Assembly (NCBI GenBank): GCA_963765495.1
Contig: CAVXWP010000013.1
Span: 32,001-96,000, forward strand
DNA: 64,000 nucleotides
Reading direction: 5' to 3'
Source: Blastocatellia bacterium
Lineage (GTDB): Bacteria; Acidobacteriota; Blastocatellia; UBA7656
Positions 39,092 through 48,200 of the stretch are shown one piece after another; the first letter of the stretch is position 1, and every line of letters starts with the position of its first letter. The notes under the pieces are model-generated. The model ran no database searches, was not told where the DNA came from, and worked only from the letters and a program-made list of their open reading frames with translations. The position numbers and the translations under genes were made by a program.

Positions 39092-39127
39092 TAGATTTAG
39101 AATAAGTCTAAATCTAATTCCTGTCAA
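39091..39127 (-). promoter_or_regulatory. Promoter with Per/Fur-box palindrome; probably leaderless
   Basis: Perfect 11-bp IR TTAGATTTAGA-N5-TCTAAATCTAA; minus-strand TTGACA-17-TATTCT-7-ATG. Confidence 0.8.
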
Positions 39128-39273
39128 GAGAGAAGAACAAAAAAATTCGTTCACAACCGCTCATCTGAGAGTTGAGATTGGAAATCTCGACTAATGGAGG
39201 GTGTGCTATCGGATCAGGTTTCCTTGCTCGGGCTCTGAGGGTATAATCCCCGGGCTGTTTATTCCATCGGGCA

Positions 39274-40158
39274 ATGCTGAAAAGGCCTGGGATGGCGGCG
39301 CAACCTTCGGATTATCAAATGAGAAAGCAAGAAAACTTCGGGTTCGGGCCAAAAACAAAAAGAAGGTTTTTTTTAGGGTTGATACTGGCCCTGGCCTCTG
39401 TCTGGCCGGCTATCGCAATCGGCAGATTATTTGCGCCTCCGTTGTTTGCAAAGGGCGGGGCTTCCCCGCGTCGCCTATCGGCCCTGCCCCGGGTAATGCT
39501 CTGGGCGTGGGAACGTCCCGAAGATTTGCGCTTTATTGATCCGAACAAAGTCGGCATAGCCTTTCTGGCTGAGACCATTTATCTGAGAAATGACAAAGTG
39601 TTTGACCGGCCAAGATTACAGCCGCTCAGCTTTCCCGAAGCAGCATCGCTTGTAGCCGTAGTGCGAATAGAAACCGACTCTTCGAATCCCCCTGAACTTT
39701 CGTCGGATCAAAGGGCAACGGTTGTTTCCCGCATAGTCAAAGCGGCGGGCAAGCGCGAGGTCACAGCCGTTCAGATAGACTTCGATGCTCGAATGCGGGA
39801 GCGCAGCTTTTATCGCGACCTGCTTTTCGATCTGCGCCGCGAACTGCCCGGCTCCGTAGGGCTTTCGATAACGGCGCTCGCCTCGTGGTGTCTGTATGAT
39901 GATTGGATATCCGGCCTCCCCATAGACGAAGCCGTCCCTATGCTGTTTCGCATGGGTGCCGATGATCGCCAGATAAGAATCCGCTTGAAAGCGGGCGAAG
40001 ATTTTCGCCCACCCGCGAGTCGCCTGAGTCTGGGCATTTCTACGGATGAGCCTTTAGAGAATCTGCCTTCGGGCCGAAGAATTTACATTTTTCATCCCCG
40101 CCCGTGGTCCGAAGAGACCGCGCGCAAGATCATTGAAGAGGTAAACCAATGGCAGTAA
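39274..40158 (+). CDS. DUF3142-like protein (ATG at 39319 is a plausible start)
   Basis: N-terminal TM/signal; WAWERPEDL, VQIDFDA, ITALASWC, PMLFRMG. Confidence 0.6.
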   Translation: MLKRPGMAAQPSDYQMRKQENFGFGPKTKRRFFLGLILALASVWPAIAIGRLFAPPLFAKGGASPRRLSALPRVMLWAWERPEDLRFIDPNKVGIAFLAETIYLRNDKVFDRPRLQPLSFPEAASLVAVVRIETDSSNPPELSSDQRATVVSRIVKAAGKREVTAVQIDFDARMRERSFYRDLLFDLRRELPGSVGLSITALASWCLYDDWISGLPIDEAVPMLFRMGADDRQIRIRLKAGEDFRPPASRLSLGISTDEPLENLPSGRRIYIFHPRPWSEETARKIIEEVNQWQ

Positions 40159-42458
40159 GAAATCTGACAGTAAGAAACCTGGCAGTAAGAAATCGCAAGT
40201 TTCTGCTCGTGCTTTTGATGATGATCGCCCTGATTTACAATTCGCGCCCGATTGAGGGCTGCGGGCCGTTTGTTGCGCGAGCTATTTTTACTTACGATCT
40301 GCATCCCGATTTTCCGATTGCGCGATTCGCCGCCGGAGAGCTTGGCGTGCTTCGGCCAAAATATGCGCGCTCTTATCTGTTTGTGGCATATCGCTATTTC
40401 ACAGGCACCGGGTTTGACCGCGAAGAGCAGAAAGGGGTCGCCTCTTTATGGGATGAGCGGCTGAAGCCTTACTGGGACAACGAATCGGAAGAAGGCCCTG
40501 TGAAGAAATGGCTCGACGCGAGAGCCAGGGTGGCAGGAGCCACAGAGTTGAAGGAACTCGATGTCGTCAAAAGCGAAGATAAGCAAGACCGTTACCTCTA
40601 CTATTACAATTGCACCGATGATGCGTTTCAAACGGCGACAGACACGCTGAACGGGTTGATAACCAGATTCGGCGCTTCGAGCCAGGAGGTGAAAGCCTGG
40701 CTTGAGGCTCAGGACCGGGTATTTACCAACTGCTCGAATGGACCGGCGATACCCGATGCGCCCCCTGCTGCGTGGCAAGCGCCGCTTAAAGATGACCGAA
40801 CTTACCAGATAGCCTCGGCCAATTTTTACGCGGGCAATTTCGACGCGGCGGAGAAGACATTTCGCTCCATCGCCGCCGACGCCTCCTCGCCCTGGAAACA
40901 GATAGCGCCTTATCTGGCCGCTCGCGCGCTTGTGCGAAAAGGGACCTTGAACGCGAAGGAGGGCGAGATAGACGAGACTGCCCTGAAGCAGGCCGAGGCT
41001 CAATTAAAGACCATCACGACCGATCAGAAACTGACCGCCTATCACGCGGCGGCAAAACGATTGCTCAGTTTCGTAGCCTTCCGGCTTCATCCCGTAGAGC
41101 GACTTCGCGAACTTGCTGCGTCTTTGCTCAAGAAGAACTCCGGCCCGACCATAAAACAGGATTTGTGGGATTACACCCTGCTGCTCGATAAGTATGAAAA
41201 CGATGTAGAAGAGGAAAAGAAATTCGACGCGCTTCCTGCCGTAATAAGAGAAGATGACATGACCGATTGGATTATGACCTTTCAGCTTCCGGGCGATGCC
41301 GCGCTCAATTATTCGCTGGAAAAATGGGAGAAGACATCATCTTTGCCCTGGATGGTAGCTTCGCTCGCAAAGCTAGACGGTCAGAACCCCCGGACGCCAA
41401 AGCTTCTGGAAGCGGCGGCAAAGGTAAAGCCCTCTTCTCCGGCCTTTGCTACTGTAGCCTTTCATCGTCTGCGACTGATGATCGACACAGGCAAAAAGGA
41501 CGCGGCCCGCGCGGAGCTTGACGGATTGCTTGCCGGAGGCGATAAGGCGTTTCCGCCCTCGACCCTCAACTCGTTTCGCGCGCTCAGGATGAGAGTAGCT
41601 CGCAATCTGGAAGAGTTTCTCAAATATGCTGAGCGTGTGCCATCGGCCGTCACCTACGATGAAGACGGCAGAGAGCTTCCTTCGGATATAAGCGAAGACG
41701 AGCAACTGAAGGCATATGCAAACGGGAAGATCAGTTTCGATAGTGACGCGACCGAGATTATGAACGAGAAACTACCTGTGAGCGTGCTAAAGCAAGCCGC
41801 GCTCAGCGAAGCCCTTCCGGCGCATCTTCATCAGAGGGTTGCGCTTGCTGCGTGGGTCAGAGTGGCCTTGCTTGATAACGACGCGGCAGGAAAACCTTCG
41901 GCTGAGGCTCTTGAAAAGCTCATTCCCGACCTGAAACAGTATCTTGACGATTATCTTTCAGCCGCGACTCCGGAAGAGCGAAAGTATGCCGCTCTCTACC
42001 TGATTTTGAAATTTCCCGGCTCTCAGCCATACGTCTCTCCGGGGATAGGGAGGCAGACGCCGCTTGGTGAAATTGATAATTACAGGGATAACTGGTGGTG
42101 TTCGTTCGATCCGACAGACGAGTCTAACCAGCTCGGGCACGGCAAACAGGAAGGCGAGACGGTCTATCCCGATTTCTTAAGCAGCACGGAGAAGGCAGAG
42201 ACAAAAGCCGATATGCAAAAGCTTGCCGCGCTAGGATTTGCGCCCAACTATCTTTGCGCGGAGGCCGTCAGATGGGCAAATGCGAAACCCGGCGATCCGC
42301 GTGTGCCCGAAGCCCTTCATCTGGCAGTGAAGTCAACCCGCTATGGATGCACAAATGATGATACGGGTAAGTTCTCAAAACAGGCATACGATCTGCTTCA
42401 CAGGAAATACCCCAAGAGCACCTGGGCCGAAAAGACGAAGTATTGGTACAAAGGGTGA
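40149..42458 (+). CDS. Large exported helical/TPR-like protein of unknown function
   Basis: 769 aa, signal peptide followed by CGPF; YQIASANFY, DNWWC, C-terminal YPKSTWA..TKYWY; overlaps the upstream gene. Confidence 0.7.
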   Translation: MAVRNLTVRNLAVRNRKFLLVLLMMIALIYNSRPIEGCGPFVARAIFTYDLHPDFPIARFAAGELGVLRPKYARSYLFVAYRYFTGTGFDREEQKGVASLWDERLKPYWDNESEEGPVKKWLDARARVAGATELKELDVVKSEDKQDRYLYYYNCTDDAFQTATDTLNGLITRFGASSQEVKAWLEAQDRVFTNCSNGPAIPDAPPAAWQAPLKDDRTYQIASANFYAGNFDAAEKTFRSIAADASSPWKQIAPYLAARALVRKGTLNAKEGEIDETALKQAEAQLKTITTDQKLTAYHAAAKRLLSFVAFRLHPVERLRELAASLLKKNSGPTIKQDLWDYTLLLDKYENDVEEEKKFDALPAVIREDDMTDWIMTFQLPGDAALNYSLEKWEKTSSLPWMVASLAKLDGQNPRTPKLLEAAAKVKPSSPAFATVAFHRLRLMIDTGKKDAARAELDGLLAGGDKAFPPSTLNSFRALRMRVARNLEEFLKYAERVPSAVTYDEDGRELPSDISEDEQLKAYANGKISFDSDATEIMNEKLPVSVLKQAALSEALPAHLHQRVALAAWVRVALLDNDAAGKPSAEALEKLIPDLKQYLDDYLSAATPEERKYAALYLILKFPGSQPYVSPGIGRQTPLGEIDNYRDNWWCSFDPTDESNQLGHGKQEGETVYPDFLSSTEKAETKADMQKLAALGFAPNYLCAEAVRWANAKPGDPRVPEALHLAVKSTRYGCTNDDTGKFSKQAYDLLHRKYPKSTWAEKTKYWYKG
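40150..40194. repeat. 15-bp tandem triplication at a gene junction
   Basis: TG(G/A)CAGTAAGAAA(T/C)C x3; contains the upstream stop codon; reads AVRNL/TVRNL/AVRN in the downstream gene. Confidence 0.85.
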
Positions 42459-42459
42459 G

Positions 42460-42574
42460 GCACTCAATGATGCGTGATGCGTAATGCGTGATTTTCAGGC
42501 ATATGGCAGTTAACAGATAATTGCCAATCTCCGGGTCACGCTTCACGCTTCACGATTCACGGTTCATTGAGTGC
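42460..42574. repeat. Heptamer-arm palindromic element, TGATGCG type
   Basis: Outer 11-bp perfect IR GCACTCAATGA/TCATTGAGTGC plus (TGCGTGA)3...(TCACGCT)~4. Confidence 0.88.
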
Positions 42575-42577
42575 ATC

Positions 42578-43591
42578 CTACTTCGACAGTTCCTGAGTTT
42601 CGTCGAGCAGGCTCTTGTAGCCGCGCAGGAATTTTCCGTAAACACCGTTCCAGGGCGGTATGACTATAGAGACCGCGCCGTGGGCTTGAGCCTGACAGGC
42701 CAGCCGGATGATAGGCTTTGGTTCGTCCGTGTCTATGTAGCCGAATTCCTTTATCCTGCGACTCTCAAGCGGGGCGACGCTTGAAAGCTTTTCCGCTCCG
42801 CCAAGCACCCCCACCCAGCACGTGCCGCAGGAAGCCGAGCGGCATTGCACGGGAATAGGGCCTTCATCGACCGTACAGCGCGAGTCTCGTGATACAAAAT
42901 CGCGCTTGTCATTGGCCGCCGCCGTTGTCAGATGCTGCGTGTTTATAAGCTTGAATGCGGCGCTCGCGTCATTCTCGTCGAATGTGATTGTGTATACCTT
43001 CTCTTCCCCCTTGAGAAATCCGAACAATCCCTGACCGTCATCACGCGCGCGCTCCTTCAATATCTGATCGGGCGATTTGGATGCGCGCCGGCCCGACAAA
43101 AGCACTTTGCCCGGCGAGAACTTGAAGGCATCCAAACCTGTCTGCTGCAATGTCATAAAGGCGACCGCTGTAATGCCTGTCAGTAGAGACTGCTCGGCCT
43201 TCACCTTACCTGCGATTTCCCCCGCAAATTCGCGTATCAGGAGCGCAAGGTCGAGACTTGCCGGGGCCCTGGCCGAAATTGCGCGCTCGATAAGCAATTG
43301 TTTGACCTCGGGCCAGTAGCGATGTCCGTACAGAAATGTGTGTGAAGTGTCTATGTGATCCTTCAGCAGGTATCGCCCCTGCATGACAAGCCTTCTCGCA
43401 AGGTCTTCCGGGTCGGGAGCCTGATCGAATGCCCGCGCGATCTCAAGCGGAAAGAAGGCGAACCAGATGCGGGTGGCCGTCCGGTCAACCTCGTGTATGT
43501 GTGAAAGAAGAGATCGAATGATTTCGGCCCACTCTCCGCTCTCGTGCCGGTTTAGGAATGCTTCGAAAAGGGGTGCATCTTTTGTGCTCAT
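42578..43591 (-). CDS. Unknown N-terminal domain + C-terminal [2Fe-2S] ferredoxin domain
   Basis: CRSASCGTC...RLACQ; ATG at 43591 with GAGGT RBS. Confidence 0.75.
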   Translation of the reverse strand: MSTKDAPLFEAFLNRHESGEWAEIIRSLLSHIHEVDRTATRIWFAFFPLEIARAFDQAPDPEDLARRLVMQGRYLLKDHIDTSHTFLYGHRYWPEVKQLLIERAISARAPASLDLALLIREFAGEIAGKVKAEQSLLTGITAVAFMTLQQTGLDAFKFSPGKVLLSGRRASKSPDQILKERARDDGQGLFGFLKGEEKVYTITFDENDASAAFKLINTQHLTTAAANDKRDFVSRDSRCTVDEGPIPVQCRSASCGTCWVGVLGGAEKLSSVAPLESRRIKEFGYIDTDEPKPIIRLACQAQAHGAVSIVIPPWNGVYGKFLRGYKSLLDETQELSK

Positions 43592-43703
43592 ATTTACCTC
43601 TGCTTTGCAAAATATCGCTCTCAAATAGAAACGGGCATTTTAGCAGCATCCTCTCTATTGCTCAAACAGACTCGCGGTGAGCGATTAATTATGAAAGCAA
43701 AAG

Positions 43704-43892
43704 GTCAGGGCCATTCAGTTTTTGACCTGTGAGCAATTTGAACAAAAGGTTATGCTAATAGCCCACGGATCGGACGGATTTTCACGGATCAGATCAAATA
43801 CGGTCAGATCCGCGTAAATCCGTCGCATCCGCGTCATCCGTGGGCTATTCCCATTTCATATACTACATTTTGGAAAACTGAATGACCCTGAC
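43704..43892. mobile_element. MITE-like element with a nested palindrome
   Basis: 19-bp terminal IR GTCAGGG(C/T)CATTCAGTTTT (18/19 match); internal hairpin 43757-43849 built of ACGGAT/ATCCG(T/C) units. Confidence 0.7.
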
Positions 43893-43915
43893 AAAGCGAC
43901 AGAACAGGCTGAAAA

Positions 43916-45268
43916 CTACCTCCGCCACTCGATGGGGAAAAACGCGCCGGCTTTTTCCGGCTCTATTTTCATCCCGACCAGTTCCGCCGCGCGCGAGATT
44001 ACCGGATCGCGGTTGGATGCCATATCCGCGCCCGAAGGCAACAACACTTCATCAGGTGTAACCCCCTCTCGCTCCAGGCTCTTGCCGTCCGTCATTACGA
44101 TATCGGCATCGGTTATGCTTGCGCCATAAAGTACTACCGTATTCACACCCATCTGAAAAGTGTGCCCCATAGACCTCATGACCGCACCCGAGGTGCGGTC
44201 GCCCAGAACCTTCGCTCGCTTTTCAATCTGCATTACACGCGCAAACAGCTCAGAGGCCGAGGCTGATTTGCTGTCCACGAGGACGACGACATTCCCCTCA
44301 AAGGCATCTTTGCCTCTCGATTTGACCATTAGCGGTTTCGTCTCCTTGCGCCTTTTTATATCCCCTATCTTCACATCTGTTGAGAAGAAGTGACCCAGTA
44401 GCCTGAGAAGTGTAGTCTCGTAACCGCCGCTATTGCCGCGAAGGTCTAAGATGAGCGCCTTTCGCTTGCGAATCTTGCTCATCATATCGTCTACCTGCTG
44501 CTCGGACAGATCGAAATGAGGCATCTTCCATATAAACAGATCATCGCCCAATTCATAATAGCGATGGCGATTCAGGCGGTCTTCGTCTTCGCCCTCTCTT
44601 ATGAGTCTGCCGATATCTGCGCCTCCGTCGCTGCCTGTGAGGTCCAGAGTCCTCTTCGATTGCTGTACCTTTGCCGGCAAATCCAGTTCTCGCGGTTGTC
44701 CGCCGGGGCTCTGCGCCACCACGCGCAAACCCGGCTGGGGTCTCAGCGTATAGTACAAATAGGTCATCTTCCACATGTTCTCTCTGGCCGGTGTATATCC
44801 TTCGATCGACAGCAGCAAATCGCCCGGCTTGAGCCCTTTTGCTTCGGCATCGCTGCCGGGCTTTACCGCCACCACATAACACTTGTCGCCTATCATCTGC
44901 ATCTGCCATCCGTAATCAACTCTTATGGTTCTCGACGGCGGTATAAAGAAAGTATGCGAGTCGTCCAGGTCCAAAAGTGCTTGAGCAACTATGCCAAAGA
45001 CCTGGCCGAGCGAGGTAGCCTGATCTATTTTCTCGTCGGCGGCCTTGAATCGCGCATCGAGGTCCATGCCGTGAAAGTTGGGATCATAGTAATCCTTCTC
45101 AATGCTCTTTTTTATCACTTTCAGCATCGTGTGACCCCGGTCGCGGTCAATCCCATCAAGTTTCTGCGCGCGCGCAGGGAAAGATTGCTCCGCGATAAGC
45201 AGACAGACTGCCGTCAGCGCCAGCAGCGCCCGACGTAAACAATCAGGAAAATTATTTAATATCCTCAT
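43916..45268 (-). CDS. S41-family (C-terminal processing/tail-specific) peptidase with PDZ domain
   Basis: LDDSHT, LILDLRGNSGG, SASASE, EGVTPD; ATG at 45268 with AAGGAG RBS. Confidence 0.9.
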   Translation of the reverse strand: MRILNNFPDCLRRALLALTAVCLLIAEQSFPARAQKLDGIDRDRGHTMLKVIKKSIEKDYYDPNFHGMDLDARFKAADEKIDQATSLGQVFGIVAQALLDLDDSHTFFIPPSRTIRVDYGWQMQMIGDKCYVVAVKPGSDAEAKGLKPGDLLLSIEGYTPARENMWKMTYLYYTLRPQPGLRVVAQSPGGQPRELDLPAKVQQSKRTLDLTGSDGGADIGRLIREGEDEDRLNRHRYYELGDDLFIWKMPHFDLSEQQVDDMMSKIRKRKALILDLRGNSGGYETTLLRLLGHFFSTDVKIGDIKRRKETKPLMVKSRGKDAFEGNVVVLVDSKSASASELFARVMQIEKRAKVLGDRTSGAVMRSMGHTFQMGVNTVVLYGASITDADIVMTDGKSLEREGVTPDEVLLPSGADMASNRDPVISRAAELVGMKIEPEKAGAFFPIEWRR

Positions 45269-45434
45269 CAGTTCAAACTCCTTAATTAAATTGTGAGTAT
45301 TACGGCTGGGTTGATGGAAACCACTGTATGAGTGCAGCCGAAAGAGAACCGATATATTAACAGAAAACGTTATGTGGGAAAAGAATATTATCTTGCGAAA
45401 AGATTGCTTTTGACTTGTTTGATTACCGCGAGGC

Positions 45435-45532
45435 GTGGCTTCACCGCAGAGCAGAGCTCGGGACTTTTGCGGTGAAGCCACTGGTTTATGCGGCTGGTTT
45501 ATGCGACTGGTTTATGCGACTGGTTTATGCGA
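45435..45532. repeat. Hairpin plus 13-bp x4 tandem repeat spanning a stop codon
   Basis: GTGGCTTCACCGCA...TGCGGTGAAGCCAC, then CTGGTTTATGCG(A/G) x4 (45481-45532). Confidence 0.88.
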
Positions 45533-46721
45533 CGGCCAGGCTGAGCGGGCCGGTCACTCCCGTGTGACGCTTGAGCGAGACGATAAACGAACGCAACTCG
45601 TGCTGATCTATTATCTGTTCGATATAATCCTCGGTTTGAGCGGTCGAGCGTATCTCTGTCCATTCGCTCATGGGAATGGCTAAGAAGGCACTAACGACTT
45701 TCGGATCGAAATGAGTTCCAAGGTTGGCGACTATCTCGTCGCGAGCCGCCGTATAGGAAGCTGCCGCGCGGTAAGGTCTGTCGCTTGTTATCGCGTCGAA
45801 GGCATCGGCGACTGCAAAAATGCGCGCGTTTATGTGTATCTGTTCTCCGCGCAGGGCATTTGGATAACCGCTGCCGTTATACTTTTCGTGATGCTGGCCC
45901 ACAATTGGGCGCGCGCCCGATAGAAAGTCTATCCCGCCGATTATGGATAACCCGTAGTCAATGTGCTGGCGCATCTCCGTCCATTCGTCTTCGGTAAGCG
46001 AGCCGCGCTTGCGGAGTATGGAATCGGGCACGCCTATCTTTCCTATATCGTGAAGCAACGCGCCCTGCTCGAGCCCTATCAGATCGTTATGCGACAAACC
46101 CAGTTCTCTGCCCAGTCTGAGGCTATAGGCGACCACGCGATCCGAATGACCCGAAGTCTCGACATCGCGCGCCTCCAATGCCTTGGCGAGCGCGCGTAAT
46201 GTTGCGCGGTAGTTTGTGTAGAGCGCCTCAAGCGTCTGATTGAGGTTTTCGTTTAGCATCCGCAGTTCTTTGGTCCTCTCCTTGACCATCTCTTCCAGTG
46301 ATTCCTCGTAACGGCGTTTGGCAATATTGAGACTCTGATACCGAAGGGCGCGATCAACTGCCATCATCAACTGTGAGAGGTCGAAAGGCTTTGTTACATA
46401 ATCAAACGCTCCGTGCCTCATGGCTTCAATTGCATACTCAATATCGGTCATCCCCGACACCATAATCACCACCGTTTCCGGGCAGGCTTTATTGATGTAC
46501 TGGCACAGCTCAAGCCCGGAAGTGCCGGGCATGGTTATGTCGGACAGCACAAGGTTGAAGGTCCCTCCCGCCAACAGACTCGTGGCTTCATCGGCGCTTG
46601 AGGCCGTGACGCAGTTATAATCATCTGATAAGTATGCAGTCAGAAGCTTTCGTATTGGCTCCTCATCATCGACAATCAAAATCGAAAAATTGCTCTTCTT
46701 GTGCGTATACATATGTCTCAC
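45525..46721 (-). CDS. Response regulator with HD-GYP cyclic dinucleotide phosphodiesterase domain
   Basis: IVDDE, SDITMP, TKPF; LHDIGK, HHEKYNGSGYP, ADAFDAITSDRPY. Confidence 0.93.
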   Translation of the reverse strand: MRHMYTHKKSNFSILIVDDEEPIRKLLTAYLSDDYNCVTASSADEATSLLAGGTFNLVLSDITMPGTSGLELCQYINKACPETVVIMVSGMTDIEYAIEAMRHGAFDYVTKPFDLSQLMMAVDRALRYQSLNIAKRRYEESLEEMVKERTKELRMLNENLNQTLEALYTNYRATLRALAKALEARDVETSGHSDRVVAYSLRLGRELGLSHNDLIGLEQGALLHDIGKIGVPDSILRKRGSLTEDEWTEMRQHIDYGLSIIGGIDFLSGARPIVGQHHEKYNGSGYPNALRGEQIHINARIFAVADAFDAITSDRPYRAAASYTAARDEIVANLGTHFDPKVVSAFLAIPMSEWTEIRSTAQTEDYIEQIIDQHELRSFIVSLKRHTGVTGPLSLAVA

Positions 46722-46782
46722 TCCTTTTGAGGCCCAAGGCGCAGATTCGTAATAACTAATCCATCAAAGCAACTAAAATATC

Positions 46783-46798
46783 AGCAAAGAGTATGCCT
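46783..46798 (-). promoter_or_regulatory. Candidate sigma54 (-24/-12) promoter
   Basis: Minus strand AGGCATACTCTTTGCT (GG-N10-GC), about 60 nt upstream of the HD-GYP regulator. Confidence 0.55.
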
Positions 46799-47042
46799 CG
46801 ATTCAAACCGGCCCCGATTCTCTTTTTTGCAGAAAATACGAGTATTAACGGCCTGGTCTCGATGGATCGATGAGAGGACATTGGCATCACGTGTGGAGAA
46901 ATGCCGCGCAGGATCGAAGTATCTGGCGATTGCCAGCAACTTGCAAAACAGAGCGGATAAAGAAAGGAATCTCTTCCGGTTTGTGTATCGGGGGAGGCGT
47001 TTTTTTCTTTCCAGCTCGCGCCTTTTTCTTTCCTGCTCGCGC

Positions 47043-48071
47043 CTATTTCTTACCCTGCGCTTGTTTTCGAAGCTTTTCGATCACTTCGCGTATCTGGCGC
47101 GAATTGGGCGATTCGGGGTTCTCTTTCAGAAACGCCTCAAGCTGTTGAATTGCCTTCACGGGCTCGCCCTTCAGGTCATACAGATTCGCCAGATAGATGT
47201 GCGCAAGCGCGGGCTTGTCGATTTCGTAGGCTCGTAAGAGATTAACCTCGGCTGCGGCGTAATCGCTCGTCATCATCTGTGCGAAACCGAGGAAAAGATG
47301 CGCTGTAGAGGATTGCTTGTTTAACTCTATGCCCCGTCGCAAGGGGATGAGCGCATCCTGATAAGACTTTTGTTTGACCAGCAGGACTCCGAATCCTATG
47401 TAGGCGTCGGCGCGGTCGGCCTTAATTTGGATGGCTTTTTGATAGGCGGTTTTCGCCTCGTCGTTTCGTTGGAGTTTCGCATACTGCTCGCCCATCAAAA
47501 CGTGCGCGTCGTAATAATCGGGGTAAACCCGGATCGCTTCCTGAAAATTCTTTATCGCGCGTTCCGGCTGATTGTCGCTTGCTCGCTTTACCCCCTTCTC
47601 AAACTCTTTCCTTGCGGCTTCGGGTATGTTTGAGTCAAAGGCTTCGACGGAAATCACTCCGGTGGGCGGCAGTTGCTTGCTCGCTCTTGGCCTCAACTGG
47701 ATATTCTGAGTAAAGGTTTGTGGCGCGCTCCCGAAGGCAGAGACCTCGGCATAGATGGTCGTAGTCTCAAAGGTGCTGCCGTCGCCTTCGGCCGTAAGCT
47801 GGTACGTCCCGCGATTCAAAGCCCCAAATGTGAATCTACCGCTCAGGTCCGTAAATGTCTCGTATATTCGCCTGCCGTTAAACGTAAGCGTTACCTTGAT
47901 TGGAGTTTGCGGCTGAATCCCATTCGGCAAAACAACCTTGCCCTGAAGCGTGTGCAGACCCTGAGCGTAATTTGTTGCTGCAAGTATCAAAAGCAGGAGC
48001 GGGATTGTGAGCAGGAGCGGGATTGGGGCGAAGCCAAAAGCCATCTGCCTGCTTATGGTCACCAAATTCAT
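47043..48071 (-). CDS. Carboxypeptidase-regulatory-like domain + TPR protein
   Basis: Signal peptide, TDLSGRFTF...GTYQL beta-sandwich, several TPR repeats. Confidence 0.8.
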   Translation of the reverse strand: MNLVTISRQMAFGFAPIPLLLTIPLLLLILAATNYAQGLHTLQGKVVLPNGIQPQTPIKVTLTFNGRRIYETFTDLSGRFTFGALNRGTYQLTAEGDGSTFETTTIYAEVSAFGSAPQTFTQNIQLRPRASKQLPPTGVISVEAFDSNIPEAARKEFEKGVKRASDNQPERAIKNFQEAIRVYPDYYDAHVLMGEQYAKLQRNDEAKTAYQKAIQIKADRADAYIGFGVLLVKQKSYQDALIPLRRGIELNKQSSTAHLFLGFAQMMTSDYAAAEVNLLRAYEIDKPALAHIYLANLYDLKGEPVKAIQQLEAFLKENPESPNSRQIREVIEKLRKQAQGKK

Positions 48072-48143
48072 TTGCGGCTCCCCTGTACGGAAATAAAATC
48101 CGTTATGCTCGTCTGAGATTTCAAATCTCAAATCTCAGATGGG

Positions 48144-48177
48144 AAAAGGCCGTGACTCGCGCGAGTCACGGCCTTTT
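48144..48177. terminator. Intrinsic terminator after the TonB receptor
   Basis: AAAAGGCCGTGACTCGC-GCGAGTCACGGCCTTTT. Confidence 0.85.
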
Positions 48178-48200
48178 GGTGTTCGGCCAAAAACTTCAAC

